From the IMG/VR virus record IMGVR_UViG_3300023176_000018, positions 1 to 24,351 of that record: a DNA stretch of 24,351 nucleotides; one strand, 5' to 3'. Each line of letters starts with the position of its first letter. Position 1 is the stretch's first letter. The DNA is from a virus (Duplodnaviria; Caudoviricetes). A program made the translations under genes and the position numbers. Of the stretch, positions 1 through 7,190 are shown piece by piece. The notes below the pieces were generated by a model. It ran no database searches. It was not told where the DNA came from and worked only from the letters and a program-made list of their open reading frames with translations.

Positions 1-1026
1 CAAGACAAGGCAGGCGAGATAGCACTAGAGCAAGTCAAGGATCTGTTCAGTCCTAACAAGCTGAAGATATGTAAGCTGCCCCTGAAGGACGCCAGCGAAA
101 TGCTGATAGCCAATAGGGTACAGGACTTTGTTCAGGCTTGGTGGGATGCCAAGGTGTACCGGCCTGATGGCATCGTAGCAGGCACGGATACATGGGACGC
201 ACTGGTAAACAAGAGACAGGTACAGAGTGTACCGTACCCGTGGGACGGACTAAATGAAATCACGAGAGGACACAGACCGTACGAACTGGTCACTATCACC
301 AGCGGTAGTGGTATGGGAAAGTCCCAGTTTATCAGAGAGCTTGAGTACGATTTGCTCCAACGCACAGACGCCAACATCGGTGTACTTGCACTGGAGGAAG
401 ACGTCGCAACAACATCTCTGGGAATTATGTCGGTGGCATCATCTAGGCGACTACACTTGGAGGAAGACACGCCTGTTGATGAGCTTAGGCCTTACTGGGA
501 AGCAACGATGGGTTCTGGACGTTACTACCTGTTTGATCACTGGGGGTCAACGTCTGCCGACGAACTTCTTTCAAGAGTACGGCACATGGCAAAGGCCTGC
601 GACTGTCGATACATCATCCTCGACCACCTGTCCATCGTGGTTTCTTCTCAAGAGAACGGGGACGAACGGAAAGCCATAGACGAGATTATGACCAAGCTAC
701 GCACACTGGTGGCAGAGACAGGGATTACTTTGTTCCTAGTGTCTCACCTGAAGCGTACCTCTGGGACAGCACACGAGGACGGAGGCAGGATCAGCCTACA
801 GGACTTACGTGGTAGCCAGAGCATTGCACAGTTGTCAGACATCGTGATAGGCATGGAGCGTAACCAGCAACACGAGGACGAAGACGTAAGGAACACTACG
901 TGCGTCAGGATTCTAAAGAACCGTTACGCAGGAGAGACAGGACCAGCGTGTTGGCTACGGTACGACAAGTTTACCGGACGCATACACGAGTGTGCTAACC
1001 CTAACCCACCGGAGACAGAGTTTTGA
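1..1026 (+). CDS. T7 gp4-like DNA primase-helicase (5' truncated by the window)
   Basis: Frame is open from base 1 (QDKAGEIALEQ...LPLKDASEML, end of a TOPRIM domain). DnaB-type motifs: Walker A SGSGMGKS, ALEE, Walker B IILDHL, LVSHL, DLRGSQSIAQLSD, KNR. Stop TGA at 1024-1026. Confidence 0.96.
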   Translation, partial: QDKAGEIALEQVKDLFSPNKLKICKLPLKDASEMLIANRVQDFVQAWWDAKVYRPDGIVAGTDTWDALVNKRQVQSVPYPWDGLNEITRGHRPYELVTITSGSGMGKSQFIRELEYDLLQRTDANIGVLALEEDVATTSLGIMSVASSRRLHLEEDTPVDELRPYWEATMGSGRYYLFDHWGSTSADELLSRVRHMAKACDCRYIILDHLSIVVSSQENGDERKAIDEIMTKLRTLVAETGITLFLVSHLKRTSGTAHEDGGRISLQDLRGSQSIAQLSDIVIGMERNQQHEDEDVRNTTCVRILKNRYAGETGPACWLRYDKFTGRIHECANPNPPETEF

Positions 1027-2669
1027 ACTTAGTCTTTTGTGACATTGAAACTGACGGTCTGGACGCCACAACTATCTGGTGTGCCGTGTGCCGCAACAAC
1101 GGAGTATCGGAGGTAATATGTAATGAGAAAGACTTCAAAGCGTATGTATCGGATCGCCCGAACGCAAGTTGGGTTTTCCACAATGGAATCGGTTTCGACG
1201 TACCTGTTCTGGACCGCCTTTGGAACGTTAGTTTTGACCGTAGTAGGATCGTTGATACACTTGTCCTCTCTAGGTTAGCCGACCCAAGCCGGTCAGGTGG
1301 TCACTCTCTGCGGAACTGGGGCAACACGCTTGGGTTCGCAAAGGGAGATCACAACGACTGGTCCCAGCTTACTCCCGAGATGATCGACTACTGCTTGCGT
1401 GACGTAGAGTTAACCGAAGCTGTGTACAACAAACTCAAGGTGGAGCTAGACGGATTCAAGCAGGAGAGCGTTGACCTTGAGCATCAAGTGCAGTGGCTAA
1501 TGCAACAGCAAGAGGACAACGGATGGCTACTCGATCAGCGTCTGTGTCACTTGCTCGTTGCTAAGTTTAAGGAGCGCATGAATGAAATTGAAGCAGATCT
1601 TCAGGCGGTTTTCCCGCCGGTTGTTGAGGAGCGATACTCAGAGAAAACTGGTAAACGGCTCAAGGATAAGGTCACTGTATTCAATGTTGGTTCAAGACAG
1701 CAAGTGGCCGACAGGCTTACAGCTAAGGGCGCAGTATGGTCGGCAGTCACTACGACGGGCAAACCTGTTGTTGATGAGAAGACGCTTAAAGAGAATCATC
1801 ATGTTCCCGAAGCGCAACAAGTACTGGAATACCTGTTACTCCAGAAGCGACACTCCCAAGTAAAATCCTGGCTAGAACACGTAAAGCCAGACGGAAGGGT
1901 ACATGGGAGAGTCATCAGCAACGGTGCTGTTACTGGCAGAATGACACACCAGAACCCAAACATGGCACAAGTTCCTTCATCTAGTTCCCAGTACGGTGAA
2001 GAGTGTCGAAGGTGCTGGACTGTACCGGACGGTTACAAGTTAGTCGGTGCAGACGCCAGTGGATTGGAACTACGGATGCTCGCACACTACATGGGCGACG
2101 AGGAGTTTACAGATGTCTTACTTAGAGAAGACATTCACACCAGAAATCAACTGGCTGCTGGACTTGCAACAAGGGCTCAGGCAAAAACTTTCATCTATGC
2201 TTTCCTTTACGGAGCAGGAGATGCCAAGATCGGAAGCATCGTCGGAGGATCTGCTAAAGATGGCAACCAGCTTAGGACACGCTTTCTACGAAACACACCT
2301 ACTCTTGAAACTTTACGAGACAGAGTTGGACAGGCTGCTAGGAAAGGTTACCTCGTCGGACTCGACGGAAGAAAGCTCTGGGTCCGATCAGAACACAGTG
2401 CATTAAACACGCTGCTTCAAGCGGCTGGTGCGGTTGTAATGAAGAAAGCTCTTGTTCTTCTGAACCTTCACGCGACGGAGCACAACATCAACTTCAAGTT
2501 CATAGGCAATATACATGACGAGATACAATCGGAGGTGGTTACAAAACAAGCAGAGAAGTTCGGCTGGCTCGCAGTCGAGTGCATCAAGGCGGCTGGCATT
2601 TCATTTTCACTCCGCTGTCCACTCGACGGAGAATATCAAATCGGAAACACTTGGTCGGAGACACACTGA
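1023..2669 (+). CDS. polA: Phage family A DNA polymerase with 3'-5' exonuclease (T7 gp5-like), 548 aa
   Basis: Exo motifs DIETD, HNGIGFD and YCLRDV; TGRMTH; motif A DASGLELR; motif B RAQAKTFIYAFLYG; motif C NIHDE. The TTG start overlaps the helicase stop (TTGA), with GGAG at 1011-1014. Confidence 0.97.
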   Translation: MNLVFCDIETDGLDATTIWCAVCRNNGVSEVICNEKDFKAYVSDRPNASWVFHNGIGFDVPVLDRLWNVSFDRSRIVDTLVLSRLADPSRSGGHSLRNWGNTLGFAKGDHNDWSQLTPEMIDYCLRDVELTEAVYNKLKVELDGFKQESVDLEHQVQWLMQQQEDNGWLLDQRLCHLLVAKFKERMNEIEADLQAVFPPVVEERYSEKTGKRLKDKVTVFNVGSRQQVADRLTAKGAVWSAVTTTGKPVVDEKTLKENHHVPEAQQVLEYLLLQKRHSQVKSWLEHVKPDGRVHGRVISNGAVTGRMTHQNPNMAQVPSSSSQYGEECRRCWTVPDGYKLVGADASGLELRMLAHYMGDEEFTDVLLREDIHTRNQLAAGLATRAQAKTFIYAFLYGAGDAKIGSIVGGSAKDGNQLRTRFLRNTPTLETLRDRVGQAARKGYLVGLDGRKLWVRSEHSALNTLLQAAGAVVMKKALVLLNLHATEHNINFKFIGNIHDEIQSEVVTKQAEKFGWLAVECIKAAGISFSLRCPLDGEYQIGNTWSETH

Positions 2670-2670
2670 T

Positions 2671-3021
2671 ATGGATAACTACGAAATGTTTGACAACGAA
2701 GTTGAAACAGATAACACTGTAGAGATGAACAGGTCACGCAAGGGAGACTTAGCTGAACACAAAGCAGTCACTTGGCTGTGGGAGCAAGGGTACGAGGTGT
2801 TCCTTAACTGTGGCTGTAGTGGTCCCATTGACATAGTGGCGTACAAAGACGGAGAGTGTACTTTAATCGACGTTAAAACTACACAGAGAGAGTACCGACC
2901 AAACAAAGGAGATTGGCGAATAGGAATAAAAAGAACAGACGAACAAAAAGAAAACAACATCGTGTTCTTGTCCTACAACCCAGAGTCAGGCGACTTCTAC
3001 TGGATCAACCATAGGGATTAA
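2671..3021 (+). CDS. Small PD-(D/E)XK endonuclease (Hjc-like / PDDEXK_5-like), 116 aa
   Basis: KGDLAE..A..WL...GYEV, PIDIV and IDVKT motif spacing. The true start is probably ATG 2671, directly after the polymerase stop and with GGAG at 2657-2660, rather than 2515. Confidence 0.75.
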   Translation: MDNYEMFDNEVETDNTVEMNRSRKGDLAEHKAVTWLWEQGYEVFLNCGCSGPIDIVAYKDGECTLIDVKTTQREYRPNKGDWRIGIKRTDEQKENNIVFLSYNPESGDFYWINHRD

Positions 3022-3022
3022 C

Positions 3023-3883
3023 ATGGAAATTTACTCGCTAGTAAACGACATCTACAAAACTGTTTCAACTAAAGAACCAGCAGAGGGTGTCGATCTGTAC
3101 GACGAGATTGATCGCTTTGGTGAGAACTGTAAGCGGCTCATGGCAAACTTGTTCACAGAGAAACGTGACGGACGTACGATTAGAATGTCAAACATCGGGC
3201 GTGATGACCGTTACTTGTGGAACGTGGTTAATAATCCTGAAGTCGCAGAAGAACTGACGCCCAACACACACGTTAAGTTTATGTACGGACATCTGATAGA
3301 AGAACTGCTGTTGTTCTTGACTAGACTAGCAGGACACGAGGTTACTGATGAACAGAAGAAGTGCGAAGTCAACGGTGTTACGGGCAGCATGGACTGCAAA
3401 ATTGACGGTGTTGTCACTGATGTTAAGAGTGTGTCCACTTTTGGGTTTAAGAAATTCAAGGACGGAAGTCTGGCTTATGATGATCCGTTTGGATACGTTG
3501 CTCAGATTAAAGGGTACGGATATTCCGAAGGTGAAACTAAGTTCGGATGGCTTGCGATGGACAAGCAGAACGGACACTTAACTTACCTGATGTACGACTC
3601 TTCCGACACGCAAGCCCCTGTTCACGAGAAGATAGGGTACGACGTAGGCGAAAGGATTGACCGTATCAAAGAGGTTGTTCAACAAGAGGAGCCGCCGAAG
3701 CACTGCTACGAACCAGTAGCTGACGGCAAAAGCGGTAACATGAAACTGGCAGTCGGTTGCTCTTACTGCCCTTACAAGAAAGTTTGTTGGCCTGACGTTC
3801 GAGGATTTGCTTACGCTAACGGCCCACGTTACTTAGTGGAGGTGGCTAATGAACCGCAAGTCCCAGAAATCGAAATTAGGTAA
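3023..3883 (+). CDS. PD-(D/E)XK exonuclease, Cas4/RecB-like, 286 aa
   Basis: GHLIEE helix, GSMD...DVKS catalytic motifs, Q...Y motif (AQIKGY) and a C-terminal CSYC-x5-C cluster; located in the replication module. Confidence 0.85.
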   Translation: MEIYSLVNDIYKTVSTKEPAEGVDLYDEIDRFGENCKRLMANLFTEKRDGRTIRMSNIGRDDRYLWNVVNNPEVAEELTPNTHVKFMYGHLIEELLLFLTRLAGHEVTDEQKKCEVNGVTGSMDCKIDGVVTDVKSVSTFGFKKFKDGSLAYDDPFGYVAQIKGYGYSEGETKFGWLAMDKQNGHLTYLMYDSSDTQAPVHEKIGYDVGERIDRIKEVVQQEEPPKHCYEPVADGKSGNMKLAVGCSYCPYKKVCWPDVRGFAYANGPRYLVEVANEPQVPEIEIR

Positions 3884-4259
3884 GTACAGATCAGGGTTTG
3901 AAAAAGATGTCGGGCAACAGCTACAACCATTTGGTTTTAAGTACGAGCCGTGCCAAGTTCCGTACAGGATTGAACGAAAGTACACACCAGATTTCGTGTA
4001 CGAACAAGGAGGAGTCACGTACTACATTGAGTGCAAAGGGTACTTCAGGGCAGGAGATACACAAAAATACCGATCAGTTAAAAACTGCTTGGGCGAAAAC
4101 CAGGAGTTAATCTTTGTGTTGATGAACGAAAACCAGAGAGTAAACAGAGGGAGTAAACTTACTATGGCTGGTTGGTGTGACAAACACGAGATTTTGTGGT
4201 ACAATATAGATACGTTACAGGAGTTAGTCAGTTATGTCTCTGACACTAGAAGAAATTAA
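3849..4259 (+). CDS. Endonuclease I / Holliday junction resolvase (T7 gp3-like), 136 aa
   Basis: YRSGFE, YTPDF and IECKG motifs; Shine-Dalgarno (SD) GGAGGT at 3838-3843. Confidence 0.92.
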   Translation: MNRKSQKSKLGKYRSGFEKDVGQQLQPFGFKYEPCQVPYRIERKYTPDFVYEQGGVTYYIECKGYFRAGDTQKYRSVKNCLGENQELIFVLMNENQRVNRGSKLTMAGWCDKHEILWYNIDTLQELVSYVSDTRRN

Positions 4260-4407
4260 AGAACGGCTGCTTCATCTTTACGACCCAGATGATTTGATAG
4301 AGGCGTTACAGATTTCAGCAGAGGATATACTTGACAGGTTTGAGGATAAACTCCTACGAAAGCTAGACAATTTTCAAGAAGAGTTGGAGGAAATGAATGA
4401 GTATTGA
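4234..4407 (+). CDS. Small acidic hypothetical protein, 57 aa (not in ORF track)
   Basis: Hand translation gives MSLTLEEIKERLLHLYDPDDLIEALQISAEDILDRFEDKLLRKLDNFQEELEEMNEY. AGGAG at 4219-4223; fills the gap between endonuclease I and DUF3310. Confidence 0.8.
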   Translation: MSLTLEEIKERLLHLYDPDDLIEALQISAEDILDRFEDKLLRKLDNFQEELEEMNEY

Positions 4408-4690
4408 TGACGCTACGCCTGAAGAGTGGGACAGAGTTAGAACTGTCAGCGGAAAACTGTACCACCCACAGGATAAACACAACTCTGTGACACAGCCCGA
4501 TCACTACAACAAGGGATCAATAGAAGCCATCGAAGCAATCAAGGCGTCCATGCACCCGCAGGAATACAAGGGGTATCTCAAGGGCAACTGCCTGAAGTAC
4601 CTGTGGCGTTACGAGTACAAGAACGGCGTAGAGGATCTCAAGAAAGCACAGGTCTACTTAGGCTGGTTAATCAAGGAGGTAGGCCCGTGA
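4397..4690 (+). CDS. DUF3310 protein (T7 gp1.7-like, putative nucleotide kinase)
   Basis: V..P.HY, IEAIEAI, GN.LKYLWRY..KNG.EDLKKA..YL signature; GGAGG at 4386-4390. Confidence 0.88.
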   Translation: MSIDDATPEEWDRVRTVSGKLYHPQDKHNSVTQPDHYNKGSIEAIEAIKASMHPQEYKGYLKGNCLKYLWRYEYKNGVEDLKKAQVYLGWLIKEVGP

Positions 4691-4947
4691 AAGTAGTAGA
4701 AGGTAAGTTTGGTAACAAAGATCAAGAGAAGGACGAAATCACAACATCAGAGTTTCTGTCTGCGTTTGTAGTCAAAGCACTAAAACACGAGGAAGAGGGG
4801 CGGAAGGTAAAGGTAGCTGTCATTATGTACGAAGACGGTGAGATGTTTGAAGTAGCGTCCAACGAGCAGTACCCTGACGGAGTATACATGTTACTTCAGA
4901 TGGCGGCACAAGCAATCATTAACGAAACGCTAGGAGTAACTGAATGA
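4687..4947 (+). CDS. Hypothetical protein, 86 aa (MKVVEGKFG...)
   Basis: GTG start overlaps the DUF3310 stop (GTGA), preceded by a strong SD AAGGAGGT. This start is more plausible than 4603. Confidence 0.8.
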   Translation: MKVVEGKFGNKDQEKDEITTSEFLSAFVVKALKHEEEGRKVKVAVIMYEDGEMFEVASNEQYPDGVYMLLQMAAQAIINETLGVTE

Positions 4948-5084
4948 AAGCAACAGACGCTACAATTAAAAGAGCATCTAACGGATACATAGTAGAGTGG
5001 TACGAAAACGACAGCTTTGTAACCATACACGCTACCTTTGAAGAAGCAGTAGCACAACTACAGAAAATCTTTGGGGAGGCATGA
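4944..5084 (+). CDS. Hypothetical protein, 46 aa (not in ORF track)
   Basis: MKATDATIKRASNGYIVEWYENDSFVTIHATFEEAVAQLQKIFGEA. ATGA overlaps at both ends; AGGAG at 4932-4936. Confidence 0.75.
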   Translation: MKATDATIKRASNGYIVEWYENDSFVTIHATFEEAVAQLQKIFGEA

Positions 5085-7006
5085 TGGACGCATACCAACA
5101 GTACATACACAAGTCACGGTACGCTAGGTACTTACCAGATGAGAAGCGTAGGGAGACTTGGGAAGAAACAGTCAGCCGGTACGTAAATTTCTGGGGTGAC
5201 GATCTGCCAGAGACTGCACGTAAGGAAGTGTACGAGGCTATCCACAGCCTAGACGTAATGCCTTCCATGCGAGCACTGATGACCGCAGGAGAGGCACTGG
5301 AGCGCGACAACGTAGCAGGGTTTAACTGTAGTTACCTACCGATAGATCACCCGAAAGCGTTTGACGAACTGATGTACGTCTTGCTTTGTGGTACAGGCGT
5401 AGGTTTTAGTGTTGAACGGCAGTACGTACAGAAATTACCAGAAGTAGCAGAGGAGTTCCATGAAACCGATACAGTTATTAATGTGGCGGATTCGAAGATC
5501 GGATGGGCGAAATCGTTTAGGGAGTTGGTATCACTGCTCTATTCAGGTCAGGTTCCCAGATGGGACGTTAGCAGAGTACGACCTTCAGGTTCCCCGCTCA
5601 GGGTTTTTGGAGGTAGAGCATCGGGTCCAGAGCCTTTGCTCGAACTGTTCCGATTCACAGTTGACCTCTTTCGGGGAGCGGCTGGACGAAAACTTAGCTC
5701 CATTGAATGCCACGATCTTTGCTGCAAGATTGCTCAAATCGTCGTCGTTGGAGGAGTCAGACGATCAGCACTTATCAGTCTCTCCAATCTCACAGATGAC
5801 AGACTCCGACGATGTAAGCACGGGCAGTGGTGGGTAGATAACCCTCAACGTGGGCTGGCTAACAACTCTGCCTGTTACACAGAGAAGCCAGACTTTGAGG
5901 CTTTCTTAAATGAATGGACCAGTTTATATGAATCACGATCCGGTGAGCGAGGTGTCTTTTCTCGAGTGGCTAGTCAAAAGCAAGCTGCAAGAAACGAGCG
6001 ACGAGATGCTACCTACGATTTTGGAACTAATCCATGTAGTGAGATCATCCTCCGACCCTACCAATTCTGTAATCTATCGGAGGTTGTTGTCAGGTCAACC
6101 GATACGCTCGCAAACCTCAAACGAAAAGTACGGATTGCGACTATCCTTGGAACTTTACAGGCTACCTTGACTAACTTCCGTTACCTACGAAACATCTGGA
6201 AAACAAACACAGAAGAGGAAGCACTGCTTGGTGTGTCGCTGACAGGTATCATGGATCACCCCATGCTGTCAGGAAGAGGAGACAAGAATGAACTTAAGAA
6301 GTGGCTCAGAGCTATGCGACAGGAAGCCATCAAGACTAACAAGGAGTGGGCTAACCGATTGGGTATCAACGTGTCTACTGCTATTACCGCTGTTAAGCCT
6401 TCGGGTACTGTTAGTCAGTTGGTCGATAGCGCTTCTGGTATCCATCCTCGTTATTCTGCACAATACATTCGGCGTGTACGTGCAGATGCTCGTGACCCAC
6501 TTTGCGCTGTCTTAGAAGAAGCGTTTGGTGAGAACCCTGAAATCATCTTAGACTACGACTCAAACGACAACCCAATTAAGTTTAAGTTTGTAGAGCAAGA
6601 TATAACTAGCCCAACCACAAAAGTATTCTCGTTTCCTATTGCCTCGCCTAAAGATGCAGTAACGGCTAATGAGATGGGAGCTATGGAACAGCTAGAACTG
6701 TGGGAGATTTACCAGGATGAATGGTGTGAACACAAGCCGTCGATGACTTGTTACTATCGTGACGATGAGTTCTTGGAGGTAGGACAGTGGTTGTACAACA
6801 AGTTTGACAAGGTATCTGGTATTAGCTTCCTGCCGTATTCGGATCACACGTACCAGCAAGCACCGTACGAGCCTGTTGATAAGAAGACGTACAACCAGTT
6901 GGCTAAAGACTTCCCAAAGGAAATATCGTGGGATATAGAAGAGGCCAGCGACATGACCGAAGGATCACAACAACTGGCCTGTACAGGGAACAACTGCGAG
7001 TTATGA
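5081..7006 (+). CDS. nrdJ: Class II (adenosylcobalamin-dependent) ribonucleotide reductase, 641 aa
   Basis: PSMRAL, FNCS, GTGVGFS, GGVRRSA, TNPCSEI, CNLSE, KPSGTVSQL and a C-terminal cysteine pair CTGNNC. No ATP cone, no C-terminal tyrosine pair and no adjacent nrdB. Confidence 0.93.
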   Translation: MMDAYQQYIHKSRYARYLPDEKRRETWEETVSRYVNFWGDDLPETARKEVYEAIHSLDVMPSMRALMTAGEALERDNVAGFNCSYLPIDHPKAFDELMYVLLCGTGVGFSVERQYVQKLPEVAEEFHETDTVINVADSKIGWAKSFRELVSLLYSGQVPRWDVSRVRPSGSPLRVFGGRASGPEPLLELFRFTVDLFRGAAGRKLSSIECHDLCCKIAQIVVVGGVRRSALISLSNLTDDRLRRCKHGQWWVDNPQRGLANNSACYTEKPDFEAFLNEWTSLYESRSGERGVFSRVASQKQAARNERRDATYDFGTNPCSEIILRPYQFCNLSEVVVRSTDTLANLKRKVRIATILGTLQATLTNFRYLRNIWKTNTEEEALLGVSLTGIMDHPMLSGRGDKNELKKWLRAMRQEAIKTNKEWANRLGINVSTAITAVKPSGTVSQLVDSASGIHPRYSAQYIRRVRADARDPLCAVLEEAFGENPEIILDYDSNDNPIKFKFVEQDITSPTTKVFSFPIASPKDAVTANEMGAMEQLELWEIYQDEWCEHKPSMTCYYRDDEFLEVGQWLYNKFDKVSGISFLPYSDHTYQQAPYEPVDKKTYNQLAKDFPKEISWDIEEASDMTEGSQQLACTGNNCEL

Positions 7007-7180
7007 CATAAACAGTATGGAGTAACCCTCGTGTTTGCCTACGTCCTCTGGCTTGTCTTTCGGGTCATGGGACGTAGGTATTCCTTCCTTCTGCATTTTC
7101 TTGATGCGATCTTTGGAACGCTGACACATAGAGTGGTAGTCAATAGATGTGTAACTTACTGTGTGGTCTTTGTCTTTCAT
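7001..7180 (-). CDS. Hypothetical protein, 59 aa (not in ORF track); last gene of the structural arm
   Basis: MKDKDHTVSYTSIDYHSMCQRSKDRIKKMQKEGIPTSHDPKDKPEDVGKHEGYSILFMS. SD TAAGGA is fused to the upstream stop, 7 nt before the ATG. Confidence 0.75.
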   Translation of the reverse strand: MKDKDHTVSYTSIDYHSMCQRSKDRIKKMQKEGIPTSHDPKDKPEDVGKHEGYSILFMS

Positions 7181-7190
7181 TGGTTAGTCC

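Noticed and set aside
2515-2670. Long N-terminal extension of the small nuclease (and the analogous 4603 start)
   Set aside because: Deep overlap with the upstream gene; better SD-supported starts exist at 2671 and 4687.
3023-3883. Cas4-like gene as part of a CRISPR-Cas system
   Set aside because: No other cas genes or array; solo Cas4-like nucleases are common in phage replication modules.
1023-7006. Introns or inteins in the polymerase or RNR
   Set aside because: Both ORFs are continuous and compact, with no splice-junction motifs.
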